Of a stretch of DNA of 64,000 bases, positions 33,120 through 46,719 are shown in pieces; within the stretch, counting starts at the first letter, position 1; every line of letters starts with the position of its first letter. Source of the stretch: Azolla caroliniana (lineage: Eukaryota > Plantae > Polypodiophyta); assembly GCA_043228905.1 (NCBI GenBank), contig JBHGNT010000005.1, positions 8,804,001 through 8,868,000 on the forward strand. Direction: 5' to 3'. The position numbers were made by a program, and so were the translations under genes. The notes below the pieces were generated by a model. It was given only the letters and a program-made list of their open reading frames with translations. It was not told the origin of the DNA and did not search any database.

Positions 33120-36067
33120 GGTTGCTGCTGCTGCTGTTGCTGCTCCGTTGATGGCTGTTGCGACTGGTCCGTTGGTGGCTGTTGCGGCTGCTCCTCCGTT
33201 TGTTGCTCTGACACCAGCGTTTCCATCGTTGCTCCCTCCGTCGTAGTGGTCTCCGGTTGACTGGTTCCGGCCTGGCCCTCGTCCGACAACGGTTCCTCAT
33301 CACTAAGGTTAACCGTTGCCGCTTCCCGTGCTTTTTATTCCCGAACCCAGGACCGCTCGTAGCTCTCAAACTGGATTTGAGCGTCCAGCCTATCATCGTC
33401 TAGCTAAGCTACGAGTTGCTGGACCTGCATCAGTTGTTCATCCGCCAGGACTTGGAAGTCTTCGGCCAGCTCGTCCTGTATGGCGGTGAAGTCCTCGGAA
33501 GTTAACGTGTAACAATCATCTCCTTCCTTCCGCCAGTTTTCCACGTCTGCCCGTAGCAATTGGAGTTCCGCCGTATTTTGTGCCCACTTTGTCCACCATC
33601 TTACAGAGCTTTCGTCAATCAAGCGTTTTGTCTGATTCAGCCATGCCCGGAGGATGCACTGAATCCGGCCCGTTCCCATCTGCGATTTGATCTCTGCAGC
33701 TTGCCGTTCCTCCTTCAATTGCTTGATGATTTTGACGTTGTCGTCTGCCTGCTCCTTGTAATGCGTCAATTGCCCTTGATATGTGTTTTGTAATTTTTGC
33801 AATACCGTTGACACTCTCTCCCTTTCTTCCTGCTGCTGCCTCTGGAGCTCCATCCGGACCTTCTCCGCCTTGTCCAACCGTCTTGTATTTTCCGCTCGTT
33901 CGTCAGCGAGCGCCGTCGCGGCCTGATCAACTTCCTATCGGAGCTCGGTCATCCGTTCCTTATGCTTCGTTTCCAGCCGTTTGTAGTCCCGGTGTAGGTG
34001 CTCAAAATCATCTATCTTTTGCTTGAGCCGTACATTGATCTGTTGACGGGCCCGGTCCTCGCGGTCCTTCTGCTGGCGGAGCTCCTCCTTTAGCCATTCA
34101 ATTTCCGTTTCCGCCGTCTTCCGCAGCTTGTCCTTTTCCTGCAGCACTTTGTCTTTTTCCTCCCTTAGCCGGTCATACGCTTGATGGCCTTTCCGGAGGC
34201 TCTCCTCTGCTCGGCGGAGGTTCTCAGCAGTCTTCTTTAATTCTGCTTCGGCCGCTGTCTTCAATTCCCGTTCGCGGCTCCTTAGCGCTTCTTGTGCGAC
34301 AAGTTCATCTCTCAATTCCGCAAGCTCCTGGGCTTGCGCCGCATCTCTCTCTAGAACGGTTTCCGTTGTCGGGGTCTTATTAGTATGTACAGGTTGGTCT
34401 GTTTCTTTATTCTATACACTTACCGGAGTCACCGGTGCTTGGATCTGTGTTGCCATTAAGGCCATTTTGGCCATTTCTGCCATGACCTGATCCAAGTCTT
34501 TTTCAAGGCACCAGATTCTAGACCGGGCCGTCTCTAGTTGTTCGGTTGTGACAAGCAACCGTTCACTTTGCGCTCTTTCTTCCACCTCAATATACCCCAC
34601 TGCTCCGGCAATCTGTTCGCCTATCGACCGGAGCCACAGGCTACCCGTGCATTGTTGTTGCGCTCGCACGGAGGTTTGACGGATGGGCTTGCTTGTGGGT
34701 GGGTGGTCCCGCCTGATTGCGCCGAGTTGCAATTCCGTTTCTGCCTATGGACCACCCTGTTGTCCTGGTTCCCCTTGTGCTTCTTCTTGGTTGGCCGAGG
34801 GAGGCTGCATTGACCTTTTCGGCTCTGGCGGAACAGGACTTGCCGGTGCTGCCGGTGCTGCAGGGGTTTCTGATTCTGGTGCCATGCGCACCGGTTCCGG
34901 TTCCTCCCTTGGCGTGGAACTCTCAGTATGGGGAGCCGGTGTTCCCTCCGTCTGAGGGTCCGAACGTTTCCCGGCTGCCTCAACGGTCCTTGCCGACGAC
35001 CGTCGCTGGAGGTGCTCCGTGGGCTCCTCCTCTATGTCCTCTTCCTGAGTCCCGGCATTGATTTTCGCCGCCAAGGGGTCCGCTTCTCTATTCACCGGTC
35101 GGCGGAGTGTAATCTTTACGGGCCGTACCGGTGGTTCCTCCTGCGCATCCGTTGGCCGCTTCCGGTTGGCGCTCTCCTTTCTCGCCTGTTCTGTGTCCGC
35201 CGCCTTCCCCTTAGTGGCCATAGACGCCAACAGCTATTGTCTTTTGGAAGCAGTCTTTGGGGTGCCATCCGCCACTCTTCCCCGCTTCTTGGGTTGGACG
35301 GGCTCTACGGGTGGCGCAAGCAAGGTGAGCCACTGCGTTACTACGTGCCATATCTTCCGTTTGTCTCGGCCTTCTTTGCCGTCTTTTCCTCTAACGATCT
35401 CGATCGCCGCACACAAACCGTCTGCGATCAATATCGGCCAATCCACCTTGATCCCTTCATAGGTGGCGATGATCATCCCTGCCCGGTTCTGCGGCATGAC
35501 AGGGGGTCTAGGGTACACATGGCCGTATTCGTGGAGCACACGGGCAATCTCGCAGAACAGCATATCTCCGCCGCCCTGTGTCCGGTAGCCCTTACTGGCC
35601 AGGGAGTACTCACCAAAATACTTGATGAGTTGCTCCGAGGTCGGATTGTCGATCGTGAATATGCCTCCCTCGGGAAGGCATGTTAATGCACGGATCGCCT
35701 CCTCCGTTATGACCTCTGTGTCGATTTCTTTGATCACCTTGTCGGCTTCTTTGTGTGGCGGTGCCTCCATAATCGTCAAGAAGCCCTCGAGCCCGTCTTG
35801 CTTTAGCCATTTCTTGGTGGCTTCCGACAGCGTTTGCGGGTCCATGTCTGTGTCGAGGTCGGATTGTGGTGGCGAGGTTGGATGGTGATGAGAGTGAGAG
35901 TGAGAGAGAGAGAGTTCAGAAAGCGGGGGTTCTCTGTGCGTAGGTTCTCGTCTGATGATCTCCCAACGCCTTGGTGCTTCTGTGCTCCTGGGTTCGCGAA
36001 AGTAGAGGGTCTCCATGCGCAGTGGTTTTTCTCTGTGCATTCTGGCGCCTTTTTTGAGCGTGTGCAC
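32992..36067 (-). pseudogene. ~1000-codon accessory ORF (N-terminal globular domain, acidic linker, long coiled coil, poly-Q tail) broken by in-frame stops
   Basis: ORFs starting at 36067, 35230, 34732, 34315, 33877 and 33289 are all in one frame and separated only by isolated TAG/TAA codons. Confidence 0.75.
33088..33143. repeat. (CAA/CAG)n microsatellite encoding poly-Q on the minus strand
   Basis: gttgttgtt...gctgctgct run. Confidence 0.9.
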
Positions 36068-36200
36068 GTCGTGTCCTAAATTAGCATTATGTCCTGTGGT
36101 GGCGCTTAAATGCCCACTACGTACCTTTTTGCTCCTCGCTCTCTCGTCCGTTCATACCTCGCTTTTGCATGATTACTTCACTTTTTAATGTAATGTGAGG

Positions 36201-39200
36201 TTACTTGTCCGTTGGTCCTATCGGACCCTTACCGGCCTCATTACGGTTTGCCATCTCCTCATTCTCCCCAGTTACCGGCTTGCCGTCTCCTCCGTCTTGG
36301 TGGTTGCCGTTTCCCTCACAGGTTGTCGTTTCCGCACCGGTTCCCAATCCGGTGTCGTTCCTTTGCTCAAATGGGTTCTTGGGCATCGGTCCTCTATATG
36401 GCTTCAATCTAAATCCGTTGACCCATTTTCCTAGCACTTCGCCGGCAAGTGTCCCTAACTGGTAGGACCCATTATACTCATGTGTCAGCCAATACGGGCC
36501 GGTCCATCTAAACCGTAGTTTACCCGGCATCTTGCCCATCCGGGTCTGAAATACTAACACCGGCTTGCCGATTTCGAACATTTTTTCATTTCCTTTCCTG
36601 TGTCGGTCGACAAATGCTTTCCGTCGTCGTTGTTCCAATTCTAAGTGCAAGATGCTTGCCAGTCATTGTTCCTCGAGTTCACACAGCGTTGTTAACCGTA
36701 TTGCCTCCGACTCCTTCTCGTTCAGCCGTTCCCGTAGCTGGATCCGTAAGCTTGGTACTTGGAATTCCACCGGCATGACCGCCTCTAGTCCGAACGCTAA
36801 CCGGAACGGTGTTGTTCGGATGCTTGTTTTGTATGTTGTCCGGTATGCCCAAAGCGTGCTATGTAGCTTGGTATCCCAATCCATTCGGTTTTCGTTGACG
36901 ATCTTCCGGAGGATATTCTAGAGCGTTTTGTTCGTCGACTCAGCTAACCCGTTTGCTTGCGGATAGTACGGTGTGCTCCATTTATGGACAACGGCATAGA
37001 ATGTCGTCAGGCTTTCAACTACTTGGCCGAGAAAGTGCCCCCCTTGGTCACTTATTAATTCGATTGGGCATCCGTAACGACACCAGATTTATTCGTATAG
37101 AAATTTTGCCATTGACGCAGCGGTGTTGTCTCTTAAGGCTTTGGCCTCCACCCATTTCGTGCAATAATCCGTCGCGACGATGACGTACCGATTACCTGTT
37201 CTCATTGCCGGTGGTTTGAACGGTCTAACAAAGTCCAGCCCCCACTTCTGGAATGGTTCGAGTGGTAGTACAGGCTGGTGTGGCATCCGAGCTTGCTCCG
37301 TTGGCTGGCCCATTCGCTGGCATAGGTCACATTCTTTTGTGTACCGTACAGCATCTCTTAATGTAGTTGGCCACCATAGGCCACTTTGCCATATTTTCCT
37401 GGCCATCGCATCTCCGGCATAGTGACCTCCGGCAACTCCGCAGTGGGCTTCCCTCAGTATGAGGTCCTTTTCATCGTTACACACAGCCCGTCTCCATATG
37501 CCGTCCGCGCCCTTGTGGTAAAGTGTATCTCCCAGTAAGCAGAAATGTCGGCTTTGCACCGTGAGGCGTTTCCTTTCGTCCTGGTTCATCTCCTCCGGAG
37601 GCAGTCCTGTGCTCAGAAACTGGTGCATATTTGTGAGCCACTTGTCTTCCTGTGCCACCGTCTCATCTGCTGCCATTTTCGTAGTGACTCGAAACAGCTC
37701 CGCATCTGGAAACTCGTCCGCTACTCCGTCGCCCGTCTCTCCGGACTCTAGACGACTTAAATAATCCGCTACGGCATGCTGTATACCTGGTCGGTGGAAT
37801 ATTTCGAACTCGAATTCCTGTAACAATAAGGTCCACCGGGCCAACTTACCGGTGAGTGACGCCTTGGACACCAGGTAGAGGAGTGTCGAATGATCTACAT
37901 GGAAGGAAAACTTCCTTCCCAATAAATAATGCCGAAACTTTGTCACACTGTAGATCATCCCTAGAGCTTCCCGTTCCGTGGTAGAGTAGTTCCGTTCCGC
38001 TTGGGATAGCTTTCGGCTGGCATAGTACACTAGCCGGTACCACTTTGGCTCCGTAAGCTGCATCAGTGCGCTTCCGATTGCGATGTCAGAGGCGTCCACG
38101 AACACATGAAATTCTTTACTCCAATCAGGAGGCTGCACTACCGGTGCTTGCGACAATAGTACCTTGAGGGCCCTATACGCCCTATCCTCGGTGTCGGTCC
38201 ACTGGAATGGTGTTCGATGTACCGCGGCATGCAACGGTGTAGCCAGGTCGGCCAAGTATCGGAGCATCTGGCTGTGCCACCGGATCTGGCCTAAGAACCG
38301 GCTCAATGCCTTTGCCATTGCCGGCGCCGGTGCTTCTAATATGGCTTTCACTTTGTTTGGGTCGACTGCAATGCCTTCCTTGCTCACAATATGTCCTAGT
38401 AGGGTTCCACTGGACATGCCAAATACACACTTCGCCGGATTCAAGCTTAGCCGGTACGCTCTACACTTTTCTAGACAAAGACGGAGGTGCTGCAAATGAT
38501 CCTCTTCCTGGCTATAGACGGCGAAATCGTCAAGGAAAACCTGCATAAAAGCCGGGATATATTCACCAAAGATTTCCATGATGATTCGTTGGAATGTTGT
38601 CGGTGCCGTTTTGAGTCCGAACATCATCACCACGGCCACAAACACCCCCCATTCGGTGACGAAAGCCGTTTTCTCTTGGTCGTCGGGGTGCATCCGGATC
38701 TTATTATACCCGCTGAATCCGTCTAGAAAGCTATAGACCTCATGGCCGACGACGGCATCAACCACTCCATCTGTGAACGGAAGTGGAAACGCATCCGTTA
38801 CCGTAGCTGCATTGAGTTTCCGGTAGTCCACACAAAGTCGAATTTTTCCGTTCTTCTTCGGTACGACTACGATCGGGCTCAGCCATGTCGCTTTCTTTAC
38901 CGGATGGATAAAGCCAACTCTTAGCAGTTTGTTGATTTCCTCCTTGACTTTGGCGGCATAATTGGGATTTATCCGGTACAGTCTTTGTGCCACTGGTTTT
39001 GCATCCTTGCTCAAGTGAATCTGATGTTGGTATAACTCAGGGTCGAGCCCTCGCATGTCTTCGTATGACCAGGCAAACACATCGCGAAATTCCGTGAGAA
39101 GTGTGATCATCGTCGTTTTGTCTTCGGACTTCATCTCCTTGGCGATGTGCACCGGTTTTGCTTCGTCCGTGGTCCCTAGGTTCACCTCTTCAAGTTGTGA

Positions 39201-39838
39201 TGCTTTTACGCGCTGTGAAACGACCATTTCCCATTCCAACGCTTCATGCGCTTGCCGTAACTCTCAGATTGCGTCCTTATCCGGTTCTGCTTCAGTCTCT
39301 TCCGGCTGCGGTAAGTATGGTGCTACTGCTTCGGCAATGTCAATTTCGAAGAGGGGTACGATCTTTGGGTTTTCCTGCAAGTACTGAGCTTCTTCTTCGT
39401 CAACTAACCCTTCTAGCATGTTGACGCACTCTGCATACAACGGTGTACATTCCTTGCCAGTGCTCGTCCTTGGCTGTGTTGGTACCCATACCTTGGCTTT
39501 TCCTCGTCGAAAGGTAATTATAATTTTCCTCCAATTCTGTTTGATATGTGCCGTTTTCATATGCGCCTTGTGCCTGTAATTGTATGCGCTACTGCCGAGA
39601 TGTGAAATGTATGACCGCCAACGGTGACTTCTAATTTTCGTATTAATCCTGTCGGCCGCACTGAGCTTGTATCGGCCATCCGTAACCAGAACGGACACGG
39701 CTCCCACTCGTGGATTCCCAGGGCATCACACGTCCGGAGGCTTATTACATTCACACCGAAGCCTCCGTCTATAACTATGCCGGGGAGTTCTTTCCCTTTT
39801 ACAATGGCAGTGATTACCGGACTGTTGGTGTCCACCAC
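36201..39838 (-). pseudogene. pol: Gypsy pol (protease, RT, RNase H, integrase)
   Basis: VIDGG (protease); [30 protein letters not shown] (RT); VDAS, TEREAL (RNase H); H...CDLC, WGLDF, WTGPY (integrase). Stops at 39264, 37089, 36918 and 36663, plus frameshifts. Confidence 0.9.
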
Positions 39839-40199
39839 CGTTGGTCCCTCCTCCAGATTCGAGAAGAGTACCCGGGGGAGTGCTCCCGGTCGTAATGTTC
39901 ATATCGTCTATTGTAATCCCGGTACCGATCATATCTATCGTACCGGTCGTAGTTATCCCGCCGATCATCGTACCGGACATCATTCTCTCGTCGATCGCCA
40001 TACCGGACATCTTGTGCCGGGCGGTATCTGTCCATTCGCCGCCAGCGTTCCTCTTCTTCATCCCGGCTGCTGCGTGGCTCTATTTGTCGGACGGGCGGTG
40101 CTTGCCGATTCAATAGATTATACTCACACCTATCCGTCGTATGGCCCTTGGATTGACAGATTACACATTACGTCCTCATAGTGCATTCTAGTGCCGAGT

Positions 40200-43100
40200 G
40201 TTCTCAATAGGCTTACTTTATATGAACTTAGGGCTATTTACAAATATAGCCTCAATAGGCTTACTCAAAACATATTTACAGATGTGTCTTCTCTTCCGGT
40301 TCTCACTGGATCTCTTCCGGTTCTCACCGGATCTCTTCCGGCTCTTACCGGGTCCTCTTTATTCATCACCGGATCCCATCCGAAGAGACCGATTTCCCAA
40401 CAATCTCCCCCTTCACTCCAGCATGGGATATCTTGTCAACCCGATCCACTTTTGGCACACGTCCAGCTTGTCAGTTGTCAGGACCTTGGTCAACATGTCC
40501 GACCCGTTCTCCTCCGTGTGGATCTTCGTCAGCACGAACTCTTGATCTTCTACTCTCTCCCGGATCCAATGGTACCTTCGTTGGATATGTTTTGTCCAGG
40601 AATGGTAGGCCGCGTTCTTTGCAAGGTGGATGGCACTTTGACTGTCACAATAGAGTCGGTATTCCTCCAGTTGGATCCCTAGCTCTCCAATGAAGTCCTT
40701 CATCCAGATTATCTCCTTGCTAGCTTCTATAGTTGCCATGTACTCCGCCTCCGTGGTTGACAAAGCAACTGTCTTCTTCAACCTCAACTGCCACGAAAAA
40801 ACTCCCCTTGCATAAGTCATGACATATCCAGATGTAGACCGGTTGGTATCCGCATTGGCCAACATATCTGAATCCGTGAATCCATCAAGTTGGGGATTAC
40901 TGGAGCCGAACTGGAGACACATACTCGAGGTGCCTTTCAGATACCGGAGTATCCACTTGACCACGTTCCAGTGCTCTTTTCCGGGATTGCTCATGAACCA
41001 GCTCACCACTCCGACTGCATATCCGATATCTGGCCGGGTCATATGGTATCTTCATCATATCCATCTTCTTCGGCTTTGTCCTCGGGCTTTGCTTTCCAAA
41101 CAATTTGCAATTTACCAGTTTCGCCTCCGACATGTTGAACCTTTGGAGTACCTTTGTCACGTACTTTTCCTGTGACAACCACAACAGCTTCTTTGACCGG
41201 TTCCGGATGATGTGTATTCCTAATATCTGTCTTGCCGGCCCCAAGTCTTTCATTGAGAAGGTCTGGTTCAGAGCCTTCTTCAGCATCCGTATCTTGACTT
41301 GGTCTCATTCGACGATCAGCATATCATCCACATATAGGAGGAGTATCAGGAAATCTCCTCCGTCAAATTTCTTCACAAACATGCAGTGATCGGCTTGCAT
41401 TTTGTGGTACTCTTGGTCGGTCATGAAGGAGTCGAACTTCCAGTACCATTGTTGGGGGGCTTGCTTCAGTCTGTATAGGCTCTTCTTCAGTCAGCACACC
41501 AGATGTTCCTTCCCTTTCTTCTCAAATCCTTCCGGTTGATGCATGTAGATTTCTTCTTCAAGGTCGCCATGTAGGAATGTCGTCTTGATGTCCAGTTGCT
41601 CTACCTTGAGGTCCATGCTTGCCGTTATGCCCAATACTGTCCAGATGGATGTCATCTTTACTACCGGGGCAAAGATCTCATCGAAGTCCACTCCTTTCTT
41701 CTGCTAGAAGCCCTTCACCAAGATTTGGGCCTTATACCTGGGTGGATTTCCGGCATCTCCTGGTTTCAACTTGTACACCCACTTGTTCCGGAGTGCTCTC
41801 TTCCCTTTCGACAACTCCGTCAGTTCATATGTGTGGCTCTCATGCAGGGAATCCATCTCATCTTGCATGGCACTCAACCACTTGCGGTTGTGGGTGTCTC
41901 TCTTTGCTTCTTCGAAGCTTTCTGCCTCCCCCTCATCGGTTAGCAACACATGCTTTGCATCAGGAAATCTCCAAGGGGCTCTTCTCTCTTGGAGAGGATA
42001 TCTCCGTCCTTGGTTTCTGACTGTCGGTTCCTCCGTTTGTTCCGAATCCGAATCCGATTCGGGATCTTGTCCGGTTCCGATGTCTTCTTCTTCTTCTTCT
42101 TCGGTCGGTTTGGTTTCTGGTCCATATCCGGTCGGTTCGTCGAGTGTCATCCGGTTACTAGCTAACATCTGGATTTCAACTGGGTAGATCCTTGTTTCCT
42201 CAGGCCGGTTTTCATTGGATGATCCAGAGTTGATCATCCTCTTCTCCGACTCCCAGTCAGCAATGGTCCTATCTTCCATGAAGACTATGTCCCGACTATA
42301 GAACACCTTCTTGTCGACCAAATCCCACACCCGGTAACCGAACTCATCGTCGTCGTATCCAAGAAATATGCATGGTCGGGACTTCGGATCCAGCTTTGCT
42401 CTCTTGTCCTTCACAACATGCACGTATGCGAGACACCCAAACACCTTCATATGCCAGTAGAACACGTCCTTACCGGTCCATACTCTTTGCGGTGTGTCTC
42501 CGTCCAAGGGTACTGAGGGTGATCTGTTTATCACATAGGTCGTCGTCGTCAGCGCCTCAGTCCAAAATGCCTTGGGTAACTTTGCATGTGCTAGCATGCT
42601 TCGGACTCTCTCCATTATGGTCCGGTTCATCCTTTCGGCCAGCCCGTTTAGTTCCGGTGTCTTCGGCACAGTAAACTCGAGCCGGATTCCCTTCGATCGA
42701 TAGTACTCCTCGAACTGCCCCCAGTATTCTCCTTTGTTGTCCGCTCGAACCGCCTTCAGCTTCTGGCCGGTTTCTCTTTCTACTCTCGTGTGGAGCTCCT
42801 TGAAGACAGATAACAACTGATCCTCCGTCTTCAATGGTGAGACCCACAGCTTCCGACTATGGTCATTTATGAACGTCACGAAGTACTGCGATCCGGCATG
42901 TGACTTTGTGTCCACTTGACACACATCGGTATGCACCAACTTCAGTGGTGCATTCCGTCTCATCAGTGGTCTTGACCAAAAGGAGGTTCGGTTTTGCTTG
43001 TCGGCCAAGCAATCGGTGCATTTCTCAAGTTGCACGTCCTACACCGGAATGAGGTTGTCTTCGGCAAGCCTCTTCATCCCCTTCTCACTCATGTGACACA

Positions 43101-44941
43101 GTCTTTTGTGCCACAGCTCACCAGTAGTGTCAGATGCTACGTTCACTTCTTCCCGGCATATCCAGGCATTCATCAAGTATAGTGTGTTGATCTTCCAGGC
43201 TCAAGACACTATCAAGCTTCCCTTGCTGAACTTCATAACTCCGTTCTGCATGCTACCCGTGTATCCTTCATCACCTAGCCGACCGGCTGATATCAGGTTC
43301 AGTCGAAACTCCGGAACGTGTCGGAAATCCTTCAGCAGCAACTTGCATTCGGTTAATGTCGTCAACAACACATCTCCTATGCTGACAATTCGGCATGTGC
43401 CTTCATTCCCCATCCAGACACAACCATGATCACCGGCTATGTTGGATGAGAAGCATCTCCGGTCCGGTGTCAGGTGGAACGATGCTCCGGAATCAACAAC
43501 CCACGTTGTCCCGTCGCCGACAAGGTTTAACTCATTCTCTTCGGTAATGAGCATTAGTTCTTCTTCACTTGTCGCGATCGCCGACGTTCCCTTCCGATCC
43601 GGTCCGAACCGTTTCGGTCCGAACTCTTCTTTGAATCGGTAGTGTCAGTTTCTTTCTCCTTCCGGAAATGCCGGCAGTTCTTCTGGAAGTGTCTTGGCTT
43701 CCCGCAATAGAAGCATGTGGGCATCCCCCTTGACTTTGACCTCATCCCCAATTTATCCTAGTTTTGGGGACTCCGATACCGGCCTCTTCCCCAGTTGTGG
43801 TCATCTTACATGACCAAGGCCTTTGGATTGGTTCCAAACTTCCGGTCCTTCCGGCGAGCTTCTTCATCTAGCAAGCTTGATTTTACCCTTGCTAGGGACA
43901 ATTGTTTTCCTTCCGGCCCGGCATTGCCCAACGTGACAACTAACGTCTCCCAGCTATCCAGGAGGGAACCGAGCAGAAGCAATGTGAGTACCTCATTTGC
44001 AAGAGGTACTTCCAACGAGGTTGCTTGATGTATCAGCCCCTAGAAGGCATTCATGTTCTCCACCATATTGGAGCCGTCCTAGTACCAGAGCCTCACTAGC
44101 TTCCGGAATATTGAAACCCAATTTACGGCATTCTTGTTCTGGAACATGATGTCGATATTCTCCCAGAGTTCATGAGCCTTTCTCTCTTCATTGAAGTTGT
44201 TGTACATGTTCATGTCGATGAAGCACCGAATATATGTCGTAGTCTTCATGTGCATCACCTCCCACGTTGTGGCGTCGATCTTATCCGGTCTCTTGTCCCC
44301 AAACTGAACCGGCAACCAAAGATCTTTAACTACCAGCGTATCCCTCATCTTCGACTTCCACACTGAGTAGTTGGAGCCGGTGAGCTTGAACATGCCGCCG
44401 AACGATTCTTCCATTTCTTGTGTTGTAGGCTCTGATACCAGATTGTGAGGAATAGCGCGGAATATTGCTCGGCCACAACCGAGTCTTGAACACTTCGATG
44501 AGAATGGAGAACATAGAAATGGGAACTAGAGAGTGAACACAAGATGTTTATGTGGAAAACCCTAATAGGGAAAAAAACCACAGGAGCCCTCAAACTCCGA
44601 ACTATCACTATAAAGAGAAGGGGTACAATCAAAGACTCGTAGGCAACGACCTCGAGCTCGGTTTCTTCGCCAGGCGGCGGTTACAACAAAGTATCACTCT
44701 GTATCTCTCTCTCCCTCTCTCTGTCGCTCTCTATGTACAACAATATGACAATGACAACAACAACATTACAAAGTGATTGCCCTAACTCATATTTATACTT
44801 ATATGAACTTAGGGCTATTTACAAATATAGCCTCTATAGGCTTACTCAAAACATATTTACAGATATGTCTTCTCTTCCGGTTCTCACCGGGTCCTCTTTA
44901 TTCATCACCGGATCCCATCCAGAGAGACCGATTTCCCAACA
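40200..44941 (-). mobile_element. Degenerate Copia element (5' LTR 44444-44941, tRNA-iMet PBS 44429-44440, gag-pol 44414-40413, PPT 40403-40416, truncated 3' LTR ~40200-40402); older relative of 51999-56763
   Basis: Gag, CFYCGKPRHFQKNC, WVVDSGASFH, VHTDV integrase, RT and RNase H (ALSTTEAEY) motifs, with stops and frameshifts. Confidence 0.9.
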
Positions 44942-45639
44942 CTATGAAGGTGATAATGTTTAGGGAAAGGCCCCCATTTTACAGTTGCTTGGAATAAGTA
45001 TAGCTTCATGAACTTGGTTATGCTGAGAATACCCAGCCATGAGCACGTTTGAAGGGACAATATTTCAATGAGGAAAGCCTTTCAGAAATTTCTCTACTTA
45101 TGCAAGCATCCCACATATGACATGCCTATCCACGAAGACGGTACCAACTACAGTATACCCCTACATTAACTGCATAATTCTGTCATGAATTGGTTGTCCA
45201 ATGTGTGTTGTTTTCGTTCTTCTACAAGCCTTCAATGTACAAATGAAGGTGACTACATCTAGAGAAAGCCTCTCACTTTGTATATGTTCAAAACCGTACA
45301 CGATTTCATAACATTGCCCTAGTCAGCCATGTCCTCCTCCATCCCTCGCTTCTCTTTGTCTGAAAAAGGGGCTCGACCCAATCACCAACAATCTTCTTCC
45401 ATAGAAAGATGAACCCAAATTAGCCTGCGACTTAGCTTAAAGTTTCTATTCTTAAACACATGTTTTAGCTACTGCATTTTAACATGAAAATTCCCATGAT
45501 GTTCCAGCAACTATTTTCTTCAACATGTGTCGACTTAGCCTTATGTAGGCTGACCAAAAGTAGATCATTGAAGATCTATACAGCCAAAAATAGAATGATT
45601 CTACCCTCCTCATCGCCTCATGAAACTATCATCAACCCC

Positions 45640-46700
45640 AACATTATCATCCTTCATCATTATCAAGAAATAGAAGATATGATTCTTTTTCCACATCCAC
45701 CCTCTCGCCAAATAACACTGATGTACCTACAACAAACAACATGAGTATAGTATCCTCATTCCCTCCTGGAAATATGTTTCAACCCTCGACACCATCTTCA
45801 CTCATCAAAAAATAGAAAAGTTGCTTCTTTTTCCCACATCAACCCTCTCACCAATTAACACCAAAGGTTTGTACCTACAAAAACACCGAAATGAGTATAT
45901 TGTCCTCATCCCCTCCTTACAATATGCTTCAACCCCCAACACCATCTTCACTCATCCTTATGAAGAAATAAAAAATTTGCTTCTTTTCCCACATCCACGC
46001 TCTCGCCGATTAACACCAAAGGCATGTACATACAAAAAAATAAATGAGTATATTATCCTCATCCCATACTGAAAATATGTTTCAACCCCCAACACCATCT
46101 AAGCACTCATCCTAATTAAGAAACATAAGATCTGCTTCTTTTTCCACATCCACCCTCTTGCCGATTACCGAAGGCCTGTACATATAAAAACAAAATGAGT
46201 ATATTGTCCTCAACCCCTCCTGAAAATATGCTTCAGCCCCCGACACCATGTAATCACTCATCCTTATCAAGATACTGAAGATTTGCTTCTTTTTCCACAT
46301 CCATCCTCTCGCCAATTAACACCAAAGGCCTATACATACAAATAAGCAACATGAGTATAATGTCCTCATTCTCTCCTAAAAATATGCTTCAGCCCCCGAC
46401 ACCCTCTTCAATCATTTAAAATAAAAAAACACTTATTTTTCCCACATCCACCCTCTCGCCGATTAACACCAAAGGCATGTATATACAAACAAACAACATG
46501 AGTATAACGTCGTCATTCTCTCCTAAAAATATGCTATAGCCCCCGACATCATCTTCAAACATTAAAAATAGAAAAGCTGCTTCTTTTTCCCAGATCCACC
46601 CTCTTGTTGATTAACCCCAAAGGCTTCCATACAAAAAACAAAATGAGTATATTGTCCTCATCCCCTCTTAAACTATTTTGTAACCCCCGACACCATCTTC
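45640..46700. repeat. Diverged ~150-bp tandem repeat (~7 copies)
   Basis: ttttcc(c)acatccaccctctcgcc...aaatgagtatattgtcctcat...aaatatgcttcaaccccc recurs at ~45690, 45830, 45985, 46140, 46290, 46437 and 46585. Confidence 0.85.
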
Positions 46701-46719
46701 GCCACCAAAATCCTTGACC

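Larger units (their letters stand above)
32600..40190 (-). mobile_element. 5'-truncated Ty3/Gypsy element (non-chromovirus) with a large extra ORF between pol and the putative 3' LTR (32600-32967)
   Basis: PR-RT-RH-INT order. TGTTAC...GTAACA bounds 32600-32967. The PPT is not obvious. Confidence 0.8.

Noticed and set aside
32952-33260. Poly-Cys, poly-Leu and poly-Val ORFs
   Set aside because: Antisense readings of the poly-Q microsatellite in the accessory ORF.
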